DNA from: Heterodontus francisci
Taxonomy: Eukaryota
Assembly (NCBI RefSeq): GCF_036365525.1
Contig: NC_090380.1
Span: forward strand, 82,407,658 to 82,471,657
Reading direction: 5' to 3'
DNA: 64,000 nt
Of the stretch, positions 1-12,761 are shown one piece after another. The notes beneath the pieces are model-generated. The model was not told the origin of the DNA. It was given only the letters and a program-made list of their open reading frames with translations, and did not search any database. The number at the start of each line of letters is the position of its first letter. Positions within the stretch are counted from its first letter, which is position 1. Made by a program: the position numbers and the translations under genes.

Positions 1-307
1 ATGTTCCTTGTACCATCGTTTATGGTAATCAGTCTCTTAATTGCATTAGGTAATGACAGGTAACGGCTTTACCCTGGTACCATTGTTCCATGATAGCACT
101 CAGTCAATGTCCAAATCCTTGTGATGAGCCACTGTCTTTTACTAAATGTCCGAATTAACCCTTTGCTGCCCAGCCCTGTGCTGTTGGCTGCAGCTTGGCT
201 TATGTGTTTTATAGTTCAAAAACATGAGGTCAAAACATGTCTGTGGGCCTGGATTTTTATATTCCATAAATTTCCCAATTGGAAGGGATTCTGATGCTAC
301 ATGTGGG

Positions 308-475
308 CTATAAATCTCCTGTATTAGTTCTGGCCAGGGGAGTGCATGTCTTCTGCAGCTTTCGGTCTTCAAACCATTCCTCTTCTCCTTTGCCATCTTG
401 TTTCCAGTTCTTTTCCTCCATACTGGACCTGATCGGAAGGGTCTCTTTTATTCTCGCTCTTATCCACCTAATGTC
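308..475 (-). CDS. orphan candidate terminal exon (DIRWIRARIKETLPIRSS...NTGDL*)
   Basis: Acceptor tttgattttcag|GAC, 55 open codons in phase 0, then TAG. Phase-compatible with the candidate exon at 2049-2098. Confidence 0.3.
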   Translation of the reverse strand, partial: DIRWIRARIKETLPIRSSMEEKNWKQDGKGEEEWFEDRKLQKTCTPLARTNTGDL

Positions 476-868
476 CTGAAAATCAAATTGTAATCTGACC
501 CGTGCCCATCACCACATAGCCATGTCTCACTGGACGAATCGTGGGTGAGTAGACTGCATGGCCTAAAGATGAGTACACATACGCCACCACAACTTCTCCA
601 TTCATCATTGTCTCAGCATCCCATTATCTCAGTCTTTTTTGGGAGCGGTGGCAGGTGTGAAAAATGGCGGTGGTCACACTTGTAACATCTGCGGCCATGC
701 CGCCACGCAGCCATTTTGCATAAGGCCATCGCCCTGAATCACGTGGCAGGGATGCCATTGGCTATGCCATTCACCTGATGTTGGAGCAGGTGCTGGCGCC
801 GTCTTTAAAAGGCTGCCAACCCTGTATTTACTCCCTGCGTTCATTCATCATCACCTTCCTGAGGCTAA

Positions 869-1679
869 GGGCTGGATTTTGTGAGGTAGGGTCGGAGGCG
901 CGAGTGGGGAGGGGGAGCGAGCATGGAGTACTGTGATGGGGGAGGCGGTAGGGCAGAGGGCCCATTGCCTCTCTGTCGCCCGGTGATCTTCCCAAGGGTG
1001 GGATAGGCCAATGACGGCTTTCTCACTCAGTGGCCAATTGAGGGCCTATTAACAGCCAGTTAAGGGGCTCTTCCCACCACCGCTGGGATCTTACCAGGGT
1101 GGGGGGTCTCCGCCACGTGTGGAGGACACCTTGTAAAATGAGGCGTGCTCCCTGCTGGCTTTGGTGGGGGTGGGGGGTGGGGGTTGGTTCCCTCTTTTGT
1201 GGGCAATTTGTGGCCCACAGAGGACCCCTATTGGGAACAACTTTAACCCCCCCCCATATAACTCTTCCCCCTTGACTGCATGACCACCCCACCCCGCACC
1301 CCAACTCGCTGCAGCCTTTTGGACTAGCCCCAGCAACCTCGCCTCACTTACCTCTATTACTGGGTTCCAACCCTAGCCCTGGGTCCAAGGCCTCTGCTGT
1401 ACCGGCAGTGGCCACCGCTCCCATTGGCGTTGCAGATACTGCTGGTCTGATTGGCCGGCAACTGTTGCAGGCAGGATCCCCGTTCTTTTAAAGACTTTAA
1501 GGGGTCGGGGATCCCGCCTCCTGAAACTTCGATTTAAAAAGATCAGAGGATTGCTCCAGTGCGGGGGTGGGTGGGGTTAGGGGAGAGGTGGGTGGGGGTG
1601 CAATAAAATGCAGAGGCAGGGCTCCCCCACATTTTCGGCCCAGTGGCAGAAGCCCTGCCTCCTCTTCAAAATCCAGCCC
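869..1679. mobile_element. Harbinger/PIF-type non-autonomous element (MITE)
   Basis: TIR GGGCTGGATTTTG / CAAAATCCAGCCC with TAA target-site duplication (866-868, 1680-1682). Confidence 0.85.
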
Positions 1680-2048
1680 TAAATGTCTGTGCTCTGGAAA
1701 ATGTTATTTTATCTTTTTGTAAGAGGTTTCTAACCCAAGGATTTTTTTTTTTTGGTACGACACAGATGAATAAACAACCAGAATCACTTCAAATATCCCA
1801 AATTCTAATACACACCATTAAACATCTAAAATTCAAAGCTGCCACGTGTGAGCCATATTATCCAGAATTAAAGTCCCACACATACCTTGACATAATAACC
1901 AGAATTTCACTGTGGCCACCAATGAAATTCAAGTTTTCACAGCATAAGGTAAGTTAACCTTAATAATTCCAACTTAGTTCAGACCAATACTTAGTAACTG
2001 AACACATAGCAGAATAGCATGTGCTTTTTTAAGAAAGAGATAAATTAC

Positions 2049-2098
2049 GTCACTGTTGCTTCTTTCTTCAGATGTCTTTCCAAATGACTTTAATAAAA
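2049..2098 (-). CDS. orphan candidate internal exon (50 nt, phase 1-0; LLKSFGKTSEERSNSD)
   Basis: Long polypyrimidine acceptor cttttgttttatttttcttcag| and donor |gtaatt; open frame. Confidence 0.35.
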
Positions 2099-2301
2099 CT
2101 GAAGAAAAATAAAACAAAAGACAAAGTTAACTTTCAATTACATAAAACCTTCAACATACTTACATCAAAGGAACTTTAAGATAGTGGATATTTCCACAGT
2201 TTGTGAGCTCTGAAACATTCACACCAGTTCCTTAAAGAGACAATACTACAATCTTAACAATAGAAATGGGGACAGATATATCCCATACCTCCTTCATTTA
2301 C

Positions 2302-2395
2302 CCTTTTCTTCCGTTAAACCAATTTTCAATTTTTGCTGTTTGCTACTTAACCTCATTTGGAAAAAGCAGGCGGTAAGACTTGTCTTTAATTTACA
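2302..2395 (-). CDS. orphan candidate internal exon (94 nt, phase 0-1; CKLKTSLTACFFQMRLSSKQQKLKIGLTEEK)
   Basis: Acceptor tgctttttcttgcag| and donor AAGG|gtaaat; open frame, phase-compatible with the next exon. Confidence 0.35.
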
Positions 2396-2595
2396 CTGCA
2401 AGAAAAAGCAGTTTTTAAAAAATAAACTTCAGTCAAATTAAAGCAAAGTGTTTTGAAAAGATCGCATTGGATTTCTGCCAGACAACTTAGCAAAGGCTGA
2501 AGCTTATCTTTTATGAAACAATCTCTTTGGTGCCTTTTACAGTTGCAAAACTAAATTTAGATCAAAATAATTCCACAGCAGCATCTTAAATTAAA

Positions 2596-3357
2596 GGCCG
2601 TAATTTTACAGGCCCCCCAAAGAGCAGGCTGGTGGTGGGGGGGGGAGGGGGGGAAAAACGGAGTGGGAGGCTCGGGGGGCCCTTCCCAACCTGCTCCCGC
2701 TTCTGCCACCATTTTATGTGGGGCAGCAGCAGTGTGATACGGCCTGCCCACCCCAGGCCAATCAAGGCGCTTCAGTGACCAATTAACGGCCACTTAAGGG
2801 TTTCCCTGCCCGCCGCCATGGGGATTTTATGGTTGACAGGTGGGTGGCCGAGGCCTCAGAAAAGCCTTCTCATAAAAGTAGGTAACCTTCAGATAGCCTG
2901 GGAGGGGGGGGGAGGGCCCTCCTGATCGGCACCCTGTGCCCGATGGAGGGCTGCCCCCGATGCTCCAACCGCCCCAATGCCCAACATGCACCCCCCCCCA
3001 CCGCCCCAATCGACCACGCTTGCCTCACCAGGGCCCGAACGCTCACCCCCGGCGAGGCCCCAAAAACCTATCCGTTCGCCAGGACTCCCCGACATCTTCA
3101 GTCTTCAGCTGGATTGCAGTCTCAACAGTGGCTCCCAGTAGTGCTGCTGGGACTATGAGCTGCCGGCCCGCTGATTGGCCGACAGCTCCATTAGGCGGGA
3201 CTTCCTGCCTCAATGAGGTGGAAGCCCCTCCTATGGCCAATTAAGGGCCTGGTGACCGTAAAATCCGGTCTGGATCCCCAGGCCCGACGGAGGCGAGATC
3301 GCCACTGACTTTTCGGTGGGTGGACGGCTCCTATCTGGCTACCGTAAAATTCCGGCC
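2596..3357. mobile_element. Harbinger-type MITE, same family as 869-1679
   Basis: TIR GGCCGTAATTTTAC / GTAAAATTCCGGCC, 3-bp AAA flanks, and shared internal motifs (ggccaatt...ttaaggg; cagtggc...gctgattggcc). Confidence 0.8.
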
Positions 3358-4649
3358 AAAGTGTAAAAAGTATTTATATCCCATTTCTGGGTGCACAATC
3401 TTAAATTGAAATGTACACACTCAGTAGTCACATTCCCATTTTCATATGAGTTCCAAACTCAAAAGTACCAAGTTTAAAGCTTCAACTGGTTAAAAATCTC
3501 ACCAATCACATAAATGTGTATACACATGGAAAAATCCACAAACTTAAAGCAACATGCAAAACAAGCAACAAAGGGTTAAACAACTTTTAGCTCTGTGCAC
3601 AGAACAGTGAAGTTGGCACACACAAATTTATTTTAAAAGAAGCCTTCAAACAAAATAAATGCTGTCATTCACAAATCAGGAATTCCCATACACCATTCAC
3701 ATGCACAGAAACAGCACTGTTTTTTCTTTTTCTCTCGTCTGTCGGCTTCCTCAATTTCCTACACTAAATTAAGTCATTGTTGCTCCAGGGCCTCAAAATC
3801 CTAGAACACCCACTTTATTGAGTCTTTTTTTCCACCTACAATTTTCAACCTTTTACGCTCAATACTAGCATCAGTTAATTGCTACTTTTATCTTCCTATC
3901 AACTGTAGTGGTTTTATGTGCCTTTGGCTCTTTGTCATAATTGAAAATAGCTTATCTTTGATAAAGCATTTAAAGCTGCAAAACCACAGTCATACATACA
4001 CTTCTGTCACATCGTCCGACTCCACCCCACCTACCTGTTTCACCAAGCTTTTGGTCACAAGTCTTAATGTCTCCTAATTTGGTTCAGTTTGATAATGCTC
4101 CTGAGACGTTTTACCACATTAAAGGCACTACATAAATGCAAGTTGTTGTTATTCTCTGTAACCACCACGAAGTTTAGAACTAGTCAAGCAGGCATTGCTA
4201 ACATGACATGTGATAGGAGTAATAACATTCGTTATTTTTAAAACACAGGAAAGCAAGAAAGTAACAATATTTAGCCTGGTACCAAGGAGCTATTGTACGG
4301 AATATAGCATAAGACATAGAGTATAGCGAATTGTTTAATAACAAACCATTTGTCTGCATTCTGCTCCTTTCTCAATAGAAAAGTACAAACATTAAGTTAA
4401 TAAGGCTGAGAACATGATACAATTGTTAAAACTCTGCAAGGGTAATTAACAGAAAAGATAGGTTTTGAAAATATCCCTATGTGGTCACAAGTCTTGAATA
4501 TTGGCCCCCAAGACGGGTGTTGCTCACAAGTGCAATAAAAACATAATTTAGCATGTTTATACTACCCTTTCAAAATGTAATCATAAATAAGTCTTCAGAC
4601 TGTAAGAATTTTTAGATTTCTGAGCATATCTGCACTAATGTAGACATTT

Positions 4650-5550
4650 TGTTCTGAATTTTAACCTGGAGGTGGGTTCTGTGCAGAGGCGCTGGCGTGG
4701 GGTCAGGAAACCCGGAAGAATGGGTTTCCCGAATGTCCTGCAGAATTTAACTGCAGGGTTCTTTCCTGCAGACAGCCTGATTGACAGGGATTGGTAGATT
4801 CACAGGGCCAATGGCTACCAGAGCAGATAGGTGAGGGAGTGCCAGAAATCATGATGGGGGGTGGTGGGGGTAATGTGTCCAGATCACAGTGGGGGGGAGC
4901 AATCTGGATCACCTTTGTCCTGATCATGGTTGGGGTGGGGGATCCAATGATTCTCCAGGGTGAGGAGGTTCTGACTGCTGGGGGTGCAGGGGGGATTCAG
5001 AACTTTGGGGAATGGGTGTGCAGTCAGATCATGGGGATGTGGGGGGGGGTGGGAAAGGAGTTTGATGTTGGCTGGGAGCGTCGGATGGTGGTCGGGGAGC
5101 TCCGATGGTAGTCGGGGTAGATCCGATGGTGATGGTGGAGGTCTGACCATGGTGGTGGTTGTGGGTGAGGGTGTTGTCGATAGTGGCCAGTGGAGGGGTG
5201 TTGTCGGATGGTGGTTGGGGTGAGGTTGGTTGTTGGGGGGGATCAGTTGATGGTCAGGGGTCCAAGGGTGGTCGGGGTGCTGGATGAGCAGACAGATCGT
5301 GGTGTTTACTGGGTAGATTATTGGGCCTGGAGGAAATAATCCTGCTTCTCCTGGCCCAATAGCTGTGCTGTAAAGGCACTTTACTCAGGGATTCAACCCT
5401 GCTTGCCTCCTTTCAGCTACCAATTTTCCTGAGGTTCGGGAAATCCACCAGCCTGTGGTTAAAAAATAAAATGACTGCTAAAATGAAGCCTCATTATAAT
5501 GTTTAAATGACCAACCCACTTTCCGTGAGCGAAATGGACACCTGCCCCAT
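4650..5550. mobile_element. degraded GC-rich Harbinger-like non-autonomous element
   Basis: Starts with TIR-like ctgaattttaac; G-rich interior resembles the other MITEs; boundaries approximate. Confidence 0.4.
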
Positions 5551-5762
5551 CATAGAATCATAGAAACTTACAGCACAGAAGGAGGCCACCATGCCACTGC
5601 CGGCCTTTTGAAAGAGCAGTTGCGCTCAGACCCACACCCCAGCTTTTTGTCTGCAAGTCTGTAAGTTCCTCATCCTTAAGTACTTGGACAACCCCCTTTT
5701 AAAATTATTTATGGAATCAGCTTCCATCACCTTTTCAGTTACAGCGTTCCAGATCCTGATGA
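5550..5762 (-). mobile_element. CR1 LINE 3' end fragment
   Basis: catagaatcatagaa tail repeat and agaaggaggcc 3'UTR motif, matching the other CR1 3' ends in the window. Confidence 0.6.
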
Positions 5763-6019
5763 TCATATGTTAATCTTTCCATGGAAACCAAGAATTCACA
5801 TCATCTATGCAATGTGCAAGTACAGTATCTCACAGGCCTTTTAAATTTTTTCAGGATTTTGAAATCACAGATCTAATTTTCAGATGGAGAATGCTATGTG
5901 AATAGGCATGTTCAAATAAGTCACTTACTTCTGCGACGGAAACCACACCTGCCAAATGGAAACATATTAATTTTGTCATATGGAACACTATTTGAACTTT
6001 TACTGGACATTGAACATAA

Positions 6020-6900
6020 CTTGTTTAAAAAGACCACAGAGCTGAACGGCTGAAAACGTGGCTGCACATTTGCATTCTGAGAGACAGTTGCATAGAGAGA
6101 CAATGGGAGTGCTTCCTGATTCAATTAGCGAGATGGGTTTTGTCAATAGTGATGATCGAAAGACATTGAGAGCCATTGTCTGTGTAAGAGCCAGCACTCC
6201 ACCCCACCACCGAGTGTGTCTGATAAGCTTTGAAGAATCAACAACACATGCAGGTGATGCTGTTTCAGACAAAGAGCTGGTCACATGACTAACCTGCTGG
6301 CCAACCTGGGAACGTTGAATTGTGCTTCACAGAAAGGTTTGGGACAGACTGCAATTGAACTTCAAGAAGAAAGCATCCCTATCTCTGTCTCTCTCTCCAG
6401 CAAAGTTCCAGGGAATCATGGAAGCAGCTTAAGAGGACCTCTTCAGCCTTCTGGTACCAGCGAAACAAGTTTGCAAGTGTGCACTGGGCCCCAACGAGAA
6501 CTGAAAGACATAACTCCAATCAAAGTCTTTACATCCAAACCAAAGACAGTAACTGAATTCCATTTACTACTCCAAACCTTCCCCCTTTAATTCTTTCTCC
6601 TCCTCTGTATCTATTTGTGTGTGTTTATCTCGTATGCATGCTAGCGTGGTTGCGTTGCGTATTTTTACTCATTTTAACTGAGTTAGAGTGTTAAGGTTAA
6701 TAAACTTACATCTTTCCTGTTTAAATCTAAGAAGGCCTATCTGTTTGGTTCGCTTACAATTACAGTTAGGAAGCAGTGAGCAAGGACTCACTGAGGTGAA
6801 GCTAAAGACACCGTGTTTTAAAAAGTTAAACATTGTTAGGGCCAAACCAGGAAAGGAGCACGAGGGGAGCCTGAGACCCCTTCCTCACCCGGTCATAACA
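6020..6900 (+). mobile_element. solo LTR-like element
   Basis: AATAAA at ~6699 and terminal ...ccggtcataaca; organisation similar to the LTR at 15168-20258. 5' boundary uncertain. Confidence 0.5.
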
Positions 6901-8234
6901 CTTCTTGCAAAATACAGTGAAAACTGGTTCTGTATATATGGCAGCCACCATCATCTAGTTAAGCATTGTTCAGTATTATCTGCAGAGAGATCTAAGGCAC
7001 ACAAAGGAAAGCTGGTGTTGTACCTTTGCTGAGAACTTGCATTTAAGCTAGATTCAAGGCTGACAGCATGAGGAGCAACATCCATGAGAGATTCTGATGC
7101 TGCAAAAATCCGGGTTCATTCAAATCAATCACAGATTTGATGACCTCCACCGCATGCAGTAATACATCAATAGGCAACCATGACTGAGCTTGGAAATATC
7201 ATAGTCTGAATGGCAGAGAACATTTGAAAGAGTAAAGATCACCACAGAATAAATATGTGGCATTTCTGGTCCTGTCAGATGATTTGAGTCTCCAGTATGT
7301 AGAACATAGCGTTAGAAGGTCCTCAGAAAAAAACGTACTGGTCCTTCCAATACTTTGATATTAAGAAGTAGAGAGTGACTGAGAAGAACTTCAGCCACAG
7401 GAAAAGGGTGTAGGGCATCATACAGACATCAAAGAATGGAAAGTCTGTACACGCAGTCTTATATGAAGAAAATCAATCTCCATAAAGTTAAACTTTGCTT
7501 TAATGGAACCAACAGTAAGTTTTAGACATGCTGAATTATTTAAGAAACAGAAGCATGGTATACTAAAGCAACATTTGCATTCAAGAATTTATATTCATAT
7601 CTGGAGGGCTCAGAACTGGCCCATGTAGCACCAGTCTTGCTTCCTGTGCACAGTGCTCCACTGCTAAATGTGAAATATCACCACATCCTGCTTGTGTGCT
7701 ATCTATGATTGATCCTCCTCATAAGATTAAAAGATTACATTTTAACCCTCAAAAATGAATAGGTTGGGGTGGGTAGGGACTTAAAATTAATTATTCTTCG
7801 GTCGTGACCGCAACTCAGCTCCGGTGCTGCCATTCTGTGTTTAAGGGAGGCACATTTGGCTGCCTGCAAAAAATCTAAAGTTGGGGCTTTAATTATTGAA
7901 GCAGGGTGGTTGGGGGATTGTTATTGATGCAATCGGAATTCTTAGGAGACAAGAATAAGCTGTTTAAAATTGAATTTGACTGGCTTTAAATTTAACATGT
8001 GCAGCATGTGTTTCCCAGGAGGCAGGAAACTGACCAGTGAAACGGCTGTGAGTGTGGTCCAGAGTCCCTGTGGGCATTTTAAACTCGACATTGACCCAAT
8101 CTGCATAGAAAGCCACTTATTACAGCTGGTGTATCAGTTTCCTCTGTTTGCAGAGAGCGCTTGTGTGGATACAGCTTTTTCTCAAGTTTGGAGGCTTTGA
8201 AGCTGACAAGATCAGGATGGACGGCGCACTTGAT

Positions 8235-9172
8235 GGGCTGGATTTTAAGAGCCTGCCGAATGGCCTGCCTGTGCAGGCCGCACACCAAAGAGCCGGCACG
8301 ATCTTAAGTTCAGCGGCTCATTTAAATAGCTGGGGTGGCCCGCAACCCCCAATCACGTGGAGGGGGCAGGCTGTCCATCCCTGGAAATGGTGTCAGCTCC
8401 CTGTGTACAGGCGCTGGTGTCATTTTTAAAGGGCAGCCATGCTGCTGCCTCATTTAAATTTTTAAAGACAGACCCTCCAAAATTAAATAAATAAATTTCT
8501 AATGTCCCTTTCCCACCCCCAATAGCAATTACATTAACAATTTGCCCTTCCCCCCACAAAACTCTTAAGAACATAGGAACAAAGGAGCAGGAGTAGGCCA
8601 TTCAGCCCATCAAGCCTGCCCCGCCATTCAGTACGATCATGGCTGATCATCTACTTCAATGCCTTTTTCCCTCACTATCCCCATATCCCTTTTTATCATT
8701 GGTATTTAGAAATTTGTCAATCTCTATAGATCTGTCAATCTTTATAGATTACCTTCAACATCTGACCTTTACACCAAACTGCACAAGGTTTACAGTTCAA
8801 CTCTTCCCACCGTCCCCTATACCCATTACATTTATTTGACCCCATTCCCCCACCTCCCACATTGAAAATCTTACTTCCTACTGCCTCCCCGCCAGTATGG
8901 CGTCGCCTTTCCCCAAAGATCGCGGTGGGCCCTAAAGATCGCAGTTAAGTGTATGTTAACTCCTTCATTTTATTAACTTGAATATTTTAATTGTGGTCCC
9001 GTTGCCCAGCGGTGTGGGCGCCACCATGGAGCCTTGCTCCCGCCGGGAGGATCAGGCCAGGCCTTCACAGCATCGAGGTCCATGGTGGGCCTCATCCGGA
9101 GCCATCTTCAGGCACCGCCCACCCCCGCCCCGCCATGTAACTCGATGCTTGGGGGAAAACAAGATCCAGCCC
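8235..9172. mobile_element. Harbinger-type MITE with nested CR1/SINE 3' tail (8566-8730, minus)
   Basis: TIR GGGCTGGAT / ATCCAGCCC, GAT duplication on both sides; internal aagaacataggaac...gtaggccattcagccc tail. Confidence 0.75.
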
Positions 9173-9237
9173 GATGTGATTGACAGCATATCAGAAGTGG
9201 AAGACCGTCATAACATGTGGTGGGATCAGCACATGCA

Positions 9238-9990
9238 CAGATGAGAGGTGTACAGGAAAGAGGTGTGCAGGAGAGGGTTGTACAGGAGAGAGGTGCACAG
9301 GGGAGGGGTGTACAGGAGAGAGGTGCACAGGGGAGGGGTGTACAGGAGAGAGGTGCACAGGCGAGGGGTGTACAGGAGGGAGGTGCACAGGGGAGGGGTG
9401 TACAGGAGAGAGGTGCACAGGGGAGGGGTGTACAGGAGAGAGGTGCACAGGGGAGGGGTGCACAGGAGAGAGGTGCACAGGCGAGGGGTGTACAGGAGAG
9501 AGGTGCACAGGCGAGGGGTGTACAGGAGAGAGGTGCACAGGGGAGGGGTGTACAGGAGAGAGGTGCACAGGCGAGGGGAGTACAGGAGGGAGGTGCACAG
9601 GGAAGGGGTGTACAGGAGAGAGGTGCACAGGGGAGGAGTGTACAGGAGAGAGGTGCACAGGGGAGGGGTGCACAGGAGAGAGGTGCACAGGCGAGGGGTG
9701 TACAGGAGAGCGGTGCACAGGCGAGGGGTGTACAGGAGGTAGGTGCACAGGGGAGGGGTATACAGGAGAGAGGTGCACAGGGGAGGGGTGTACAGGAGAG
9801 AGGTGCACAGGGGAGGGGTGCACAGGAGAGAGGTGCACAGGCGAGGGGTGTACAGGAGAGAGGTGCACAGGCGAGGGGTGTACAGGAGGGAGGTGCACAG
9901 GGGAGGGGTATACAGGAGAGAGGTGCACAGGGGAGGGGTATACAGGAGAGAGGTGCACAGGAGAGAGGTGCACAGGCGAGGTGTGCACAC
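9238..9990. repeat. 30-bp G-rich minisatellite (AGGAGAGAGGTGCACAGGGGAGGGGTGTAC, ~25 units; dimer of 15-mers)
   Basis: Direct inspection; generates repetitive ORFs in all six frames. Confidence 0.95.
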
Positions 9991-10039
9991 AAGAGAGATA
10001 TTTCCAAACTTGAAACCCACTTAGTTAAATAAATCACAA

Positions 10040-11985
10040 TCAGGATGACAGGGCAGGTGATGTGGAGTCACTGTGGTGCATTCACAAAGGTGAAAACGAC
10101 GTGGATAGCATGTTTAACAAAATGGTCGCAGCACAGATTAAGAGTGTGCAGGCAGAGAGGGAATGGGTAACCTCTAGGCAGTCTAGAAAGACCAGGCAGG
10201 TAGTGCAGGAGTCCTCTGAACCTCTCTCACTCACCAACCATTTTTCCATTTTGGATACTGGCGAGGACAATTGTCCGTCAGAGGAATGTAGCAAGAGCCA
10301 AGTTTGTGGCACCACAAGTAGCTCAGTTGCACAGGTGGGGGTGAAGAAGAGTGGAAGGGATAGGCGATTTGATAGTTAGGAGAACAGACAAGCATTTCTG
10401 TGGCCGTAGACGTGACTCCAGATGGTGCGTTACCTCCCTGGTGCCAGGGTCAAGGATGTCATGGAACGGCTGCAGGACATTCTTTCAGGGAAGGGTGAAC
10501 AGCCAGAAGTCATGGTCCACATTGGCACCAATGATGTAGGTAGAAAGAGGGATGAGGTCCTGAAAGCAGAATTTAGGGAACTAGGAAGGAGATTGAAAAG
10601 CAGGATATCTAAGACAGTAATCTCAGGATTACTCCCAGAACCACGTGCTCGTGAGTATAGAAATAGAGCGAATGAAACGTGGCTGGAAAAATGGTGTAGG
10701 AGAGAAGGCTTTAGATCCCTGGGGCAATTGGGACCGGTACAAGATGGACGGATTACACCTTAACAGGACCGGGACTAATATCCTCGCAGGGAGATTTGCT
10801 AGTGCTCGTGGGGAGGGTCCAAACTAGCTTGTCAGGGTGTTGGGAACCTGCAAGGGAGTTCAGATAGGAGAAAAACAAAGCTGGTTATGGGAAGTAGAAA
10901 AGCTGTGAATGAAAGTGGAAAGCAGCAGAAACAAATGCTAGAACCAACCAGGGTCAAAATACAGAATAGTGTTAAAACGGCAGAATTAAAGGCACTGTAT
11001 CTGAATGCACACAGCATTCGCAACAAGGTAGGTGAGTTGATGGTGCAAGTAGAAGTAAACAGGTATGATTTAATTGCCATCATGGAGAGGTGGCTGCAGG
11101 GTGACCAAGACTGGGAAATAGAGAAATGGCAGAGAAGCTAAATAATTACTTTGTGTCTGTCTTCATGGAAGAAGATACAAGAAGGTTCTCTAAATTAATT
11201 GATATCCAAGGATCCAGTGAGAATGAGGAACTAAAAGAAATTAGGATTAGTAAAAAAGTAGTATTGAAGAAATTAATGGGACTGAAAGTTGACTAATCTA
11301 CGGGACCCATTGATCTTCACTCTAGTGTGTTGAAAGAGATGGCTACCGAGATATTGGATGCATTGGTGATCATCTTTCAAAATTCTATAAATTCTGCATT
11401 GGTTCCTGCAGATTTGTAGGTTGCAAATGTAACCCCACTGTTTAAGAAAGGAGGGAGAGAGAAAACAAGGTACTACAAACCTGTTACCCTGACGTCGGTA
11501 ATAGGGAAAATACTAGAATCTACTATAAAGGATGTGATTACTGGACGCTTAGTAAATAATGGTCTGATTGGGCAGAGTCAACATGGATTTATGAAGGGAA
11601 ATCATGTTTGACAAACTTGGTTAGGGTTTTTTGAGGATGTTATTAACAGAGTGGATATGGAGGAACCAGTAGATGCGGTTTATTTGGACTTTCAGAAAGC
11701 TTTTGATAAAGTCCCACATAGGTTACTAAACAAAATTAAAGTGCATGAGATTGGGGAGTAATATACTGGCATGGATTGAGGATTGGAGAGTAGGAATAAA
11801 TGGATCATTCCCAAGTTGGTAGGCTGTGACCAGTGGGGTACCGCAAGGATCAATGCTTTGGCCCCAGCTGTTTACAATCTATATCAATGATTTGGAAATG
11901 GGGACCAAATGTAATCTTTCCAAGTTTGCAGATAACACAAAACTTGGTGGGAATGTGAGTTGTGAGGAGGATACAAAGATACAAA
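10040..11985 (+). mobile_element. degraded CR1 LINE (ORF1 SGNH esterase, endonuclease start, RT fragment)
   Basis: PGARVKDV...VHIGTNDVG...VISGLLP (ORF1); LYLNAHSIRNK (APE); YLDFQKAFDKV, SGVPQGS, FADNTK (RT); frameshifts and deletions. Confidence 0.9.
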
Positions 11986-11991
11986 GGAGTT

Positions 11992-12236
11992 GGGGCGGCA
12001 CAGTGGGGCAGTGGTTAGCACCGCAGCCGCACAGCTCCAGGGACCTGGGTTCAATTCAGGGTACTGCCTGTGCGGAGTTTGCAAGTTCTCCCTGTGACCG
12101 CGTGGGTTTTCTCCAGGTGCTCTGGTTTCCTCCCACATGCCAAAGACTTGCAGGTTGATAGGTAAATTGGCCATTGTCTAGAATGGCGGAGCAGGCTCGA
12201 AAGGCTGAATGGTCTACTCCTGCTCCTATGTTCCTA
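11992..12236 (+). mobile_element. HE1/V-SINE (tRNA-derived head, V domain, CR1-type tail)
   Basis: A-box GCAGTGGTTAGC, B-box GGTTCAATTC, V-domain TGTGCGGAGTTTGCA..TTCTCCC..GCGTGGGTTT..GGTTTCCTCCCAC, tail gctgaatggtctactcctgctcctatgttccta. Confidence 0.85.
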
Positions 12237-12419
12237 GGAGTCTGTGGCGGAGAAGGGAAGTCGGAGTCGGTGAAGAAGTGAAGTCAGTGGCGGAGAAGAA
12301 GGGGAATCAGCGGCGGGGAAGGGGAGTTGGCGGTGGTGGAAATCAGCAGCAGCAGGGAAGAAGGGGAATCGGCGACAGAGAATGGAAGTCAGAGTCAGCA
12401 GCGGTGGAGAGGTGAGCTT

Positions 12420-12635
12420 GAGGAATTGGGGGTGTGGGGGGAGGGAAGCTCGAGGAGCCGGGGGTGTGGGGGGGAGGGGAGCTCGAGGAACCGGGGGTGT
12501 GGGGGGAGGGGAGCTGGAGGAGCCGGGGGTGTTGGGGGAGGGGAGCTCGAGGAGCCGGGGGTGTGGGGGGAGGGAATTCGAGGAGCTGGGAGGGTTGGGG
12601 GAGGGGAGCTCGCAGGGACTGTGGGGGGAGGGGAG
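12420..12635. repeat. ~30-bp G-rich tandem repeat (GGGGGTGTGGGGGGGAGGGGAGCTCGAGGAGCC-like, ~7 units)
   Basis: Direct inspection. Confidence 0.85.
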
Positions 12636-12761
12636 TTTCTGCTCCTACTGCATGGTGGATAAAGGGACAAATTGTTGAAGAAAATCCAGTAATCTTTTTG
12701 AAACCCAATGTGTCTATTTCTTGTACCCAGATCAGAGTCATAGAGATTGGCCAAGGTTTTA

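Noticed and set aside
9108-10037. Cys/Pro-rich keratin-associated-like ORFs (CAPLSCTPLP, CTGERCTGEG)
   Set aside because: Six-frame translations of a 30-bp minisatellite; no splice, start or codon-position evidence.
11992-12070. tRNA genes (also 27240-27320 and 62530-62620)
   Set aside because: Only A/B boxes are retained and each continues into SINE/LINE body sequence; no full cloverleaf.
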